From assembly GCA_964449065.1 (NCBI GenBank), contig CAYVAZ010000003.1, positions 1 to 47,516 of the forward strand: 47,516 nucleotides of DNA, read 5' to 3'. Shown here piece after piece: positions 39,008-47,516 of this stretch. Within the stretch, counting starts at the first letter, position 1. Every line of letters starts with the position of its first letter. The stretch comes from an uncultured bacterium. Its GTDB lineage: Bacteria > Hinthialibacterota > Hinthialibacteria > Hinthialibacterales > Hinthialibacteraceae. The position numbers and the translations under genes are program-made. The notes under the pieces were generated by a model. The model made no database searches. It was not told where the DNA came from and was given only the letters and a program-made list of their open reading frames with translations.

Positions 39008-39048
39008 CCGTTGTTACCCCCCTTGTTAAGGGGGGCTAGGGGGGATCG
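39008..39048 (-). repeat. Family 2 G/C-hairpin repeat, copy Y1 (inverted relative to 24121-24161)
   Basis: The reverse complement matches 24121-24161 at 40 of 41 nt. Confidence 0.9.
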
Positions 39049-39073
39049 AAGCATGCTTTCAACGACGCAAAAT

Positions 39074-39112
39074 CCCCCGGAGCCTACGGCTCCACCCCCT
39101 TATGCAAGGGGG
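39074..39112. repeat. Second G/C-hairpin module (double hairpin)
   Basis: GGAGCC-TAC-GGCTCC immediately followed by CCCCCTT-ATGC-AAGGGGG. Confidence 0.6.
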
Positions 39113-39137
39113 TATAACACTGCGTTAACGCTTGTGA

Positions 39138-39209
39138 ATGACTGATCCCACTCGTTTCATGTGGATGGTTAAGTTATCACCCATCATGTCAGCCTTGATG
39201 CACTACTAA
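39138..39209. repeat. 72-nt interspersed repeat (family 1), copy 2
   Basis: 67 of 72 identity with positions 1-72. It contains the stop codon of the DUF4159 gene (39206-39208). Confidence 0.85.
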
Positions 39210-39865
39210 TTCGACATGGCATAAAGAATGATGTTAATCGCCATCTTCATGGCTGTTTCACGAACGTCGGGCGAATCTTCGGGATGGACGCCTTCGCTTT
39301 CCAATCCATCGCCGATGTCGGTATTAAAAGTATACAGTACCGCGATTCTCCCCTCGTGAAAAATGCCATACAGCATGGGCGCCCCCCCATCGTGTTCATG
39401 AATTTTGGGCAAGCCGTTCGGGAATTTGTAATAAATAGAAAACACGGGGTGATCGTGCGGGATGGCGCGCAGCGGTTCTTCCGGAAAGACTTTGGCGATT
39501 TCTTTGCGGAAGGATTCATCCATGCCGTAGTTATCGTCGGCCCACAAAAACCCGCCGCGGTCAAAATAGGTACGCAGATTTTGCACATCCGCGGCCGAGA
39601 AGCGAACGGTGCCGTGGCCGTTCATATAAGAAATCGGGTACTGCATCAAGTCTTCGCTCGAGGGTTTGACCTCTACTTCTTCCAGCGCGGCGTTTATGTT
39701 CAGCCGTTCGCGCAGTTCGTTCAGCAAATTGGGCAGGGAAGTTGGGTTGCTGTACCAATCGCCGCCCCCTTCATAATGCAGCCGCGCAAGGGTAAACGAC
39801 CGCTCTTGCGGTAGAACAAATGCAACCGTGACTAAGGTAATCAGTCCAAAAACAATACTGCGCAT
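39206..39865 (-). CDS. DUF4159 domain protein, exported
   Basis: Signal-like N-terminus. LARLHYEGGGDWYSNPTSLPNLL and YPISYMNGHG...LRTYFDRGGFLWADD fit the DUF4159 pattern as I remember it. Confidence 0.7.
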   Translation of the reverse strand: MRSIVFGLITLVTVAFVLPQERSFTLARLHYEGGGDWYSNPTSLPNLLNELRERLNINAALEEVEVKPSSEDLMQYPISYMNGHGTVRFSAADVQNLRTYFDRGGFLWADDNYGMDESFRKEIAKVFPEEPLRAIPHDHPVFSIYYKFPNGLPKIHEHDGGAPMLYGIFHEGRIAVLYTFNTDIGDGLESEGVHPEDSPDVRETAMKMAINIILYAMSN

Positions 39866-39868
39866 GTG

Positions 39869-40420
39869 CTATCCTTTCAAATCAAATACCAACCGTTCAA
39901 AGTAGACCGGGCCTTGCGGCTGCAACTGGCTTTCCATTAAATATAACGATTGTACCGGAAAACAGGTGTTTTGTAGTGGGAGTTGGATGGTTTCCGGCAC
40001 AAAAGCCGGTTTGCTTCGCTTGCGTCTTCCCAACGTGACATGGGGGACAAAGGGTTTTGCGTTCACGGGGATTTCCGCGTCCACCAATGCCTGGGAAACC
40101 TGATCCGCCAGGGCGGTCAGAAATGGGCTGCCGTTCCGCACACCCACCCACAATACTGCCGGGTTGCCTTGCGGTGGAAAGGTACCGAACCCGCCCAGCT
40201 CAATATCAAACCCTTTTGTTGACTCCATGATGGGATTCATCGCTTCGTGAATGATGTGAAGAGTCTTTTCCGGATAATCGCCGATGAATTGTAAGGTTAT
40301 ATGCATGTTTTCCGGCGCCGTCCAGCGGATATTTTTGCATTTTGAACGCAGGCGCGACTGGGCTACCTGAAGTTCCTGTTTAACTGCATCCGGCAAATTA
40401 ACTGAGACAAACACCCGCAT
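39869..40420 (-). CDS. thpR: RNA 2',3'-cyclic phosphodiesterase (2H family, ThpR/LigT)
   Basis: Two HxT/S motifs, HITLQFIG and HVTLGR. Lies 3 nt upstream of the DUF4159 gene. Confidence 0.85.
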   Translation of the reverse strand: MRVFVSVNLPDAVKQELQVAQSRLRSKCKNIRWTAPENMHITLQFIGDYPEKTLHIIHEAMNPIMESTKGFDIELGGFGTFPPQGNPAVLWVGVRNGSPFLTALADQVSQALVDAEIPVNAKPFVPHVTLGRRKRSKPAFVPETIQLPLQNTCFPVQSLYLMESQLQPQGPVYFERLVFDLKG

Positions 40421-40523
40421 TTCTATGTACCTATATCGTAAATATAGTAGAATGATTTACTTGTAGCAAAACGATTCGCGATGTGAAGTGGATGAACCCT
40501 ATTTCATCAAAATGCGGGGGGCT

Positions 40524-40561
40524 TCGATCCCCCCCCTTCCCCCTAAAAAGTGGGAAACAAC
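40524..40561 (+). repeat. Family 2 G/C repeat, degenerate copy Z
   Basis: TCGATCCCCCCCTTCCCCCTAAAAAGTGGGAAACAAC aligns with CGATCCCCCCTAGCCCCCCTTAACAAGGGGGGAAACAAC. The hairpin stem has decayed. Confidence 0.65.
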
Positions 40562-40582
40562 TACGAACTACATGAGAAAGAT

Positions 40583-42487
40583 ATGAAAGTATTTGTGAGT
40601 TGGATTGGCTTGTTCTTGGTTGCGCTGCTGGCACAATCGATGCTGCTGTCGCAAAATCTGTTCTGGGGATTGCTGCTGTTGGAGATCGCGGGGGCGGCTT
40701 GGTTTGTTTTGTTTTATCCGCTTTGGAAACCGCAGTCTCAACCGGAAACGAACCCTTCGATTGAATGGGATGTCTATTGGATCACCTTTGCATTGGCCGT
40801 TTTTTTCGCGGGTCTTGCGGCGCTTTGGATGTGGCTGGGTGTGCGGCAGCCCGGCAATCCGCCTGCCTATCAAACCATCGTTTACGCTTGGCTCGCGTTT
40901 TTGGTTTTTTTGACTGTCTCATGCGGGAAACCGTTTTACCGGTCGATCCGGCAATCGTCCTGGCCCGAGTTTCTCCCACCGGCGGGCTTGGCTTTGCTGT
41001 CGCTCTGTCTTGGTCTTTACCGGTTGACAGATGTTCCGTACACGGTGCATGGCGATGAAGGAATGGTCGGTATCTACGCGCGCCGCATTTTAGAGGGGGA
41101 CATTACCTCCTTCTTTTCCACCGCATGGTATTCGCTGCCGCAGTTTTTCTTTTGGGTGCCAACCATTGGCATGATGCTGTTCGGCGATTCGCTCTTTGGC
41201 CTGCGGATGAGTTCCGTGATTGTGGGGATGGCATCCGTCTTGTGTTTTTATTGGGTATGCCGCAGCCTGTGGGGAACGGCGGCGGCGGTTTTTGCGGGTA
41301 TATTGCTGATGACCAATCATTGGTTTATCCAATTAACGCATAGCGGGGTCAGTTACATTCAAGCCGTATTCTTTGCGGTCACCGCGTTTGCGATGCTGCA
41401 TTTTATGAACAAATGGCGCTCGCCATCCTGTGCCGTGCTTGGCGGACTTGTGCTGGGCTTGGGATTGATGTCCTATCAGGCGAACCATTTGCTGCCTATA
41501 TTGTGGGCGGTTTCGCAAATATGGCTGTTTGTTACCCGCGGCATCGATTGGAAATGGCTGATTCTTTCAATCATTGTCCCGCTATTGATTGCGGTTTGCG
41601 TGATCGCGCCGCTTTGGATCAACCTGAACGCGAATGAGACGGAACGTGAAATGTTCACCAAACGCGCCGAGGGGGTTGGTATTTGGATGAATGCCAACTG
41701 GAATCATATGAACGGAGCATACCGCGCCGAAGGGAATCCATCCATCATCATTCGCCAGCAACTCAAGCGCGCTCTATTTGCTCCATTGATCTACGCCGAC
41801 ACCAGCATTCAATACAATGGACAAAGGCCCATATTGGATTATGTGAGCGCCTCGTTATGGGCGGCCGGCGCTGCCTGCGCGCTGTTTTTGCTGTGGCATC
41901 CCCAATGGTCGCTGCCTCTAATTTGGACAATTTCCATCTTAATCGCGGGCGGCGCGCTGACGGTTGACCCGCCTTTCTTTCCCAGGCTATCCGGATCGAC
42001 TGCTTTCTATTTTCTTCTGATCGCCGGCTTGTTCGGCTGGTGGTTTCGCTTGCTCGAAGCAAAGCCATACTGGCAATACGGCAGTTATCTCGCGGCGGCT
42101 GTGATTGTGGCGGCGGCGGCGGGATTAAATTTGTCTCATTATTTCGCCACATTCGCGAACGAAATCAGCGTAGAAAACATCCATGCGCGGCAAACCCGCC
42201 TGGCATATTTTATGCGGCAGCACTGCCCGGAACATAAAATATTACTTATCCCCGGCCCCCACATTTCCACCAATAGCGGGACCTGTAACTTTTTGGCCAA
42301 CGAGTGCCAGGCCATGGATATCGAATCGCTTCCGGAAGCATTCCAATCCAAAAATGTGATTGTCGTTATAGACCCCTCACAAGCGGGGATACGGCAAGAA
42401 GTATTGCAGCGCTTTGAAGGGGTTGAAGAACGTATGCATTATCTGCCGAATGGAGAATTGGCGTTTTATTCGTACCGCATACCGTAG
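40583..42487 (+). CDS. Glycosyltransferase family 39 (ArnT/PMT-like) membrane protein
   Basis: Many TM segments and an early periplasmic-loop HGDEG motif. I prefer ATG 40583 (MKVFVSW...) because the ORF-track GTG at 40550 lies inside the repeat copy. Confidence 0.75.
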   Translation: MKVFVSWIGLFLVALLAQSMLLSQNLFWGLLLLEIAGAAWFVLFYPLWKPQSQPETNPSIEWDVYWITFALAVFFAGLAALWMWLGVRQPGNPPAYQTIVYAWLAFLVFLTVSCGKPFYRSIRQSSWPEFLPPAGLALLSLCLGLYRLTDVPYTVHGDEGMVGIYARRILEGDITSFFSTAWYSLPQFFFWVPTIGMMLFGDSLFGLRMSSVIVGMASVLCFYWVCRSLWGTAAAVFAGILLMTNHWFIQLTHSGVSYIQAVFFAVTAFAMLHFMNKWRSPSCAVLGGLVLGLGLMSYQANHLLPILWAVSQIWLFVTRGIDWKWLILSIIVPLLIAVCVIAPLWINLNANETEREMFTKRAEGVGIWMNANWNHMNGAYRAEGNPSIIIRQQLKRALFAPLIYADTSIQYNGQRPILDYVSASLWAAGAACALFLLWHPQWSLPLIWTISILIAGGALTVDPPFFPRLSGSTAFYFLLIAGLFGWWFRLLEAKPYWQYGSYLAAAVIVAAAAGLNLSHYFATFANEISVENIHARQTRLAYFMRQHCPEHKILLIPGPHISTNSGTCNFLANECQAMDIESLPEAFQSKNVIVVIDPSQAGIRQEVLQRFEGVEERMHYLPNGELAFYSYRIP

Positions 42488-42605
42488 GATTATTGATTGA
42501 AGGATATGGGTGGGCACATCTCCCGCCAAGCCAAATCATGTATAGATTATACCCTTAGCAATGAAGAAAGGTATTCAATTGCTCTTTTATATTGCGCAAC
42601 AGCAG

Positions 42606-44609
42606 TCAGTAATATTCATAGGATTTTGCCGGATCAACAATTTCTTTCAGTGCTTGCACGACATCCGGGTCGAACGCGCGGTTTTTCATCCGCTCCACCA
42701 ATTTATACGCGTGCCACTCGGCGCCCTCTTCGGTTTCTCCCCGTTTTAGGTACCGGTGTTTAACCGCGACAAACATTTTGGCCACCGCGATGATGCGTGA
42801 CCCCATCGGAATCTGGCTTCCCTTCAACGCATGCGGATATCCCTCACCATTCCAGGCTTCGTTAACATGGTAGACAATTTCCCCCACCGATTCCGGCAAA
42901 CTAAGCGATTGCACAACGTGCAAACTCAATTCCGGCCCGCGCATACGCTGCTCGTCTTCCGGCAGGTCGGTGTAGAGGGTACGCAGCATACCCGTATCAT
43001 GCAGCAAGGCAGCGTAGTTGATGTCTTGAATTTCATTGTCGGACTTTTTCATTTTGGCGGCAATACGTTTGCCCCAATTGCAGGTTTCGGCGGTGATCCC
43101 CGATTGTTGAGGGTCCTGCGTCTCAATCAAATTGGCGATGGTTTGCATGACGCTTAGGGTCATGGCGCGGTGGCCTTCGTTCATGCGGACATTTTTAATC
43201 GCCAACACGACTTGCTCGGAAAACGTCATCAAAATTTCACGGTCGGTCGGTTTAAAAAACGTTTGCTTTCCGGATACAGTGATGACCCCTTCGATATCGT
43301 TATCAAAAAGCGGGACGGACAAATAGGCGTCTTCCGGGTAGGTTTCTCCGATTGAATCCCAAGCCGTTTCATCTTCACGCGGGTAATACAAGCGGGGGGT
43401 AAATTGTTCGGCCACCCAACCGGGCAAGCCTTCGCCGATGCCGAGCGTCTCTTGCCCCACTTCACCCGTGTCTAAATCCAGTTTTACGGAAGGATACAAT
43501 ACCTTGCGTTGGCGGTCGTACATCATGATCGAGCATTTTCTTACTTTGAGCAAATTGCGGGTTAACTGCCCGATACGCGGCAGCAAATCTTTGTAGGGAA
43601 TATTCGTGGAAATCAGCCGGTGCACCACATGAATGGTGGAGAGAGCTTTGCGGCGCTGGTTCATGCTGTCCAGGGTTAAGGCGTTGTCTAAGGCCGCCGC
43701 GCCCCCGCTGGAGAGCAGTTGAATCAACTTTTTCCGGTTGTAAGTAATTTGCCACTCATCGGGAACATTTGTGATGAACAAGCCGATTAAATTGGTTCCG
43801 CGAAAGAACGGAATCGCCGATAAATCCAAGTAGTCTTCTCCATGATTCCATCGCAACACACTCAATTGCTGAAGAAGCCACAACCGCAGCGGATCATCGG
43901 ACTGCATCCGGTAGAGAAAATAGTCCTCGCGCGGAATGCAGTGCAGGTAATCAAATTTGGATACATTGACATTGCGGATTTTGATTAACTCGTTTGGAAA
44001 TCCTTTTACCTGGGAGGGATGAAAGTCGCCGTCTTCATCCACCAAAAAAATCACCCCTTGATCGACTTTCAAGGTTTGGCAAAACTCATCGATCAATTGC
44101 GAAAGAAGATTCTCCGTCTTGATTACGCTGACCGTCTCGCTCCACAAGTTATTGACCAATTCCAACTCATCGTGATCCTCCAACACTTCCGACAACAGAG
44201 AGAAATAGCCTTCTATGATGTGCAAAGCCTTTTGCAGCGAATCGTGGTTTTGATTGGGAATATGGCTGATGCGTATCGCGCCGATGAAGGTGCCCTGAAA
44301 CCAAAGACGGGCAAACCCCTGTACCGTTCCGTTTTCGTGGGTGATCGTGCCGGCCGAACCGTTTCGGTATTTCTTGGGCGCGGCACGGAGCGTATTCAAT
44401 ATCCGGTCCGGCAGCACTTCGTCTGTCGGTTCTGTGGACAATTGAATCTGTTGAAAGGTGGGAAAGGGATGCAGCGCGCCGTTGACATCCACAATATGCC
44501 ATGCGGCTTCCGGCAGCCATTCCGCCACACCGTCAATCAGCGTTTGGATGTGCGGATTGGCCATCAAATCGGCGAATCGTATGGATGAAAATGGATTTCT
44601 TGCGCTCAT
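42606..44609 (-). CDS. GAF domain-containing HD-GYP phosphodiesterase
   Basis: C-terminal HD (AALLHDTGM) and GYP (NGEGYPHALKG) motifs. GAF-like modules upstream. Start uncertain: ATG 44609 (MSARN), or TTG 44636, which would overlap the glnD stop. Confidence 0.8.
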   Translation of the reverse strand: MSARNPFSSIRFADLMANPHIQTLIDGVAEWLPEAAWHIVDVNGALHPFPTFQQIQLSTEPTDEVLPDRILNTLRAAPKKYRNGSAGTITHENGTVQGFARLWFQGTFIGAIRISHIPNQNHDSLQKALHIIEGYFSLLSEVLEDHDELELVNNLWSETVSVIKTENLLSQLIDEFCQTLKVDQGVIFLVDEDGDFHPSQVKGFPNELIKIRNVNVSKFDYLHCIPREDYFLYRMQSDDPLRLWLLQQLSVLRWNHGEDYLDLSAIPFFRGTNLIGLFITNVPDEWQITYNRKKLIQLLSSGGAAALDNALTLDSMNQRRKALSTIHVVHRLISTNIPYKDLLPRIGQLTRNLLKVRKCSIMMYDRQRKVLYPSVKLDLDTGEVGQETLGIGEGLPGWVAEQFTPRLYYPREDETAWDSIGETYPEDAYLSVPLFDNDIEGVITVSGKQTFFKPTDREILMTFSEQVVLAIKNVRMNEGHRAMTLSVMQTIANLIETQDPQQSGITAETCNWGKRIAAKMKKSDNEIQDINYAALLHDTGMLRTLYTDLPEDEQRMRGPELSLHVVQSLSLPESVGEIVYHVNEAWNGEGYPHALKGSQIPMGSRIIAVAKMFVAVKHRYLKRGETEEGAEWHAYKLVERMKNRAFDPDVVQALKEIVDPAKSYEYY

Positions 44610-44616
44610 CGTTGCT

Positions 44617-47238
44617 TTACGTTTCCAAATGTTCAAATATTTCCGTCTCTAACTCTTTTAATATATCATGGTCGTAGATTTTTTCCCCGTTATTGTCCGC
44701 CAAATAAAAGACATCGGTCACTTGTTCGCCTTCGGTTATGATGCGGGCGAAATGAAGATTCAACCCTTTCGCGGCTGCCAAGCCGGTTAAATCCTTCAAC
44801 AACCCGTTGCGGTTCGCTGTCCGGACTTCCAAGATGGTGTATTTGGTGGAAGAATCGTTGATAAAATTTACACGGTTTTTGCGGTTGCGGTGCAACACTT
44901 TTGGGGGGCTTTTCGGCAGATCTCCAATTTTGATGCCGCTATCCGAACAAAGAGTGGATTCGATTCGGGCTTGCAGCAAATGCTGCCGTTCTTCGGTCAC
45001 GACGGTATCCGCCAACCGGTCATGTATGACAATCGAATTTACAACAATTCCATCTTTCCGCGTGTTCAATCGGGCTTCTTGAATGGTGAAATTCTCCCAA
45101 TTCACAGCCGAGCATATTTGGTGAAACAACCCGATGCGGTCGTGAAACACAATCACCATTTCGCGGGACACGTCATCCAAATGGGGATAAAACCGGGTCA
45201 CCGGTTTTTGATGCGTGTAACTCTTCACCGCAAAGAGGTGTTTGCGAATTTGATCGACGGAATTGTTATTGGCATAGCTGGCCGGCAGGTTATCCAAATG
45301 CTCCCGGACAAACGTGCTATCAAAAGAAGACGATAAAGTTTGAATGATTTCTTCTTTGCGGGATACTTCCAGCGCCTCGGGGTCCTTCTCTTTTTGGCTG
45401 CTGGAAACAAACAAGTCGCGGGTAGCCTTGTACAAATCCCACAACAGGTGGTTTTTCCACTCGTTCATGGAATCATCGGAAATCGACGTGAGATCTACAT
45501 AGGTTAAGAGGTACAGCATGTTTAAATACTCCAGATTTTCCAGGCCGTCCGAAAAGTCCGTGACCACTCCCAGGTCGGAAATATCACGCCGCTGGGCGAT
45601 GCGGTTCATCACCAAATGGTTTTCGACCAAAAACACCAGCATTTTACGTTTGTATTCGGGCAGGCGAATTCGGCGGGCAATGGTGTCAACAATGCGGGCG
45701 CCCACCAGGCTGTGATCGCCCTCTTTGCCTTTGCCAATATCGTGCAGCATAGCTGCCAAACGCAACACATCCCGATTCGGTGATTTGTACCAGATTTGAA
45801 ACCGTTCTTTGGCTTTGGCGAACGGGGAATCCAGTAAATTTTCCAGGTGGTGCAGGCACAATAACGAATGCTCATCGACCGTATACCGGTGAACAAGATC
45901 ATACCGGATTAGATAGGATATGGATTTCCATTCCGGTATCAAGCGTTCTAAAAAGCCGGTGCGGCGCATTTCCTGTACCGCCTTTTCAATGCCTTGAGGC
46001 AGCGAAAAAAATCGCCGGGTTAGATTGGTGATTTCCTTGTTATGCAAAAACGGCTGATTCACCAAATCGAGGCTGTCTTGAATATGCGCGGCGGTTTCAT
46101 CCGACAACTCAACGTTGTTTTCTGCCGCATAGATAAAGGTATGCAAAAGGCGGTGAGGATAGTTATCGTAAAAGTGGATGTTGGGAGGAATGCAGAGTTT
46201 TTCGTTTACTAGATAAAACCCATCGTGTAGCGGTTGTTTTTTCGAAACCCGCAAAAACGACCAAAACGGTTTGCGTTGGCACTTTTTTTTCATGTGTTCG
46301 GCAAACCGGCTCAGTTCAATGGTGTGCCGGTAATAATCCCGCATCATCAATTCTTCCGCCAGCCGTTCTTTGCGGTCGGTATATCCCAAGCGAAGCGACA
46401 ATTTATGCTGCAACGACATCGCGATTAAATCCTGCTCTTTGCCGGAATGAAAATGCAAATCGTTCCGGATGCGCCACAAAAACGCCAAGGCGTTTTCCAC
46501 CTTATGCATCATTAAATCGTCAATTAAATGATGCCGTTTCAACTGCACCAAATTCATGGTCCGGCATTCCAATAGCGATCCGACCCACAGTCCGAAGTGG
46601 TAATCCCGCAAGCCTCCCGGTCCTTCTTTTAAATGCGGCTCGGTCAAACTGACGGTTTCCCCATATTTTCGAAGCCGTTCATTGCGCTCTAAAATTTTTC
46701 GCTGGATGTGGTCATGGCGCGGTCGTTTCAACGCGTTCCACAACTGGGCTTTAAACTGCTCAAACATCCGCCAATCGCCGGCCAAAAAACGGCTTTCACC
46801 CAACGCGGTTTGGATTTCGGTGTCTTGCTGCGCGGCGGCGATCGCTTCGTGATACTCCCGCAAGGCATGGCCAACCTGAAACCCTAAATCATACAATGAA
46901 TGCAACGTGGATTTCACCACTTTCTCTTCGGCATCCGATAGCGGGCGGCTGTGTAGAAACATGATATCAATGTCGGATTTGGGATGCATTTCCCGGCGGC
47001 CAAACCCGCCCTGTGCCACCAATAACAGGTGGGGAGGCGGTTCTTCTTTGCCGGTATAATGATTGAGGTGATGCACCAACAATCGCAGCAAAAACGTATC
47101 CGTCGCGTCCGTCAATTCACGCACCACAGACCGCGCATCCTCGCCGCCTTCATGAAAATGACGGATCGTCGTGACATCGTCTTCATAATGCGCAAAAATA
47201 CGGGAGACTTCAGAATCTACTACGGACGATATGACCAT
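44617..47238 (-). CDS. glnD: [Protein-PII] uridylyltransferase / uridylyl-removing enzyme
   Basis: Nucleotidyltransferase motif GGFGRREMHPKSDIDI, HD domain AMLHDIGKG, and two C-terminal ACT-like domains. Confidence 0.9.
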   Translation of the reverse strand: MVISSVVDSEVSRIFAHYEDDVTTIRHFHEGGEDARSVVRELTDATDTFLLRLLVHHLNHYTGKEEPPPHLLLVAQGGFGRREMHPKSDIDIMFLHSRPLSDAEEKVVKSTLHSLYDLGFQVGHALREYHEAIAAAQQDTEIQTALGESRFLAGDWRMFEQFKAQLWNALKRPRHDHIQRKILERNERLRKYGETVSLTEPHLKEGPGGLRDYHFGLWVGSLLECRTMNLVQLKRHHLIDDLMMHKVENALAFLWRIRNDLHFHSGKEQDLIAMSLQHKLSLRLGYTDRKERLAEELMMRDYYRHTIELSRFAEHMKKKCQRKPFWSFLRVSKKQPLHDGFYLVNEKLCIPPNIHFYDNYPHRLLHTFIYAAENNVELSDETAAHIQDSLDLVNQPFLHNKEITNLTRRFFSLPQGIEKAVQEMRRTGFLERLIPEWKSISYLIRYDLVHRYTVDEHSLLCLHHLENLLDSPFAKAKERFQIWYKSPNRDVLRLAAMLHDIGKGKEGDHSLVGARIVDTIARRIRLPEYKRKMLVFLVENHLVMNRIAQRRDISDLGVVTDFSDGLENLEYLNMLYLLTYVDLTSISDDSMNEWKNHLLWDLYKATRDLFVSSSQKEKDPEALEVSRKEEIIQTLSSSFDSTFVREHLDNLPASYANNNSVDQIRKHLFAVKSYTHQKPVTRFYPHLDDVSREMVIVFHDRIGLFHQICSAVNWENFTIQEARLNTRKDGIVVNSIVIHDRLADTVVTEERQHLLQARIESTLCSDSGIKIGDLPKSPPKVLHRNRKNRVNFINDSSTKYTILEVRTANRNGLLKDLTGLAAAKGLNLHFARIITEGEQVTDVFYLADNNGEKIYDHDILKELETEIFEHLET

Positions 47239-47306
47239 AATCCTACACTTCTGGCACCAACAAGGTGACTGGTTCGCTAAATATCAATCGCATCGCAACG
47301 AAAAGA

Positions 47307-47330
47307 GTAACAAGTTACCATAAGAGTAAC
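47307..47330. promoter_or_regulatory. Candidate operator: three GTAAC/GTTAC half-sites upstream of glnD
   Basis: GTAAC (47307-47311), GTTAC (47314-47318) and GTAAC (47326-47330), plus a direct repeat AGAGTAAC x2. Lies about 70-90 nt upstream of the glnD start in an AT-rich region. Confidence 0.3.
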
Positions 47331-47469
47331 CTGACAATTGTAAATCCATTTAACAAAAAGAGAATATAAATCTTCTTATGTGTATTTTACCCGAAATTCA
47401 AACTTAGAATCTCACGTTACGCACTACATTATTATATGCCCATTTTTCTAATCGTTCGCTTAATCTATC

Positions 47470-47505
47470 ACCCTCTCCCACCGGGAGAGGGACGGGGTGA
47501 GGGTT
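47470..47505. repeat. G/C-hairpin repeat at the contig end
   Basis: CCCTCTCCCACCGGGAGAGGG hairpin followed by GGGGTGAGGG. Same general class as the other G/C hairpins. The window ends 11 nt later. Confidence 0.6.
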
Positions 47506-47516
47506 CGGGAGGAATA

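Noticed and set aside
1-39209. Direct repeats at 1-72 and 39138-39209 could mark the ends of a 39-kb genomic island.
   Set aside because: The interval holds core genes (bamA, lpxD, lpxC/fabZ, folD, clpC, ilvE, pncB) and no integrase or transposase. The repeat belongs to a landscape of many short interspersed repeats.
24121-40561. Recurrent G/C hairpin repeats might be a CRISPR array.
   Set aside because: Copies are kilobases apart, in both orientations, of unequal length, and separated by genes. There is no regular repeat-spacer periodicity and there are no cas genes.

Overview
This 47.5 kb window behaves like a whole contig, since both ends fall inside short repeats. It comes from a diderm bacterium with lipid A and BamA machinery, and about 50% GC by eye. 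It is mostly housekeeping and envelope genes, and I recognise no canonical mobile element, prophage, CRISPR array, tRNA/rRNA or known defence system. The backbone is one long minus-strand array (17234 down to 2155): Sm-like hypothetical, ilvE, mcsA, mcsB, clpC, bamA, skp, lpxD, lpxC/fabZ fusion, folD, NUDIX, DUF2203, macro domain, methyltransferase. The rest comprises: a sugar-phosphate trio (histidine phosphatase, NagB-like, long phosphohexomutase); an exported/envelope group (W-rich polytopic membrane protein, secreted beta-helix protein, sulfatase-like lipoprotein); small redox/NAD genes (ABM, AKR, DinB/YfiT, pncB, csp, cyclase); S41 protease; an O-antigen-ligase/TPR protein coupled to an orphan histidine kinase; DUF4159; ThpR; a GT39 glycosyltransferase; a GAF/HD-GYP protein; and glnD. 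The left end carries an OmpA-type lipoprotein plus a wHTH-AAA+ ATPase pair. The most unusual signal is non-coding. Nearly every longer intergenic gap holds members of at least three families of short interspersed repeats: a 72-nt element, G/C-hairpin elements (one with terminal inverted repeats), and a ~85-nt element with a conserved long-range stem in four copies. They combine as mosaics, supply stop codons and apparent start codons, and coincide with both contig ends. Other points worth a second look are the arginine-kinase/ClpC module fused to the outer-membrane biogenesis operon, a macro/DUF2203/NUDIX ADP-ribose grouping, and glnD followed directly by a GAF/HD-GYP gene. No single obviously novel multi-gene system is proven. 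All functional calls come from motif reading of the translations, not from searches.
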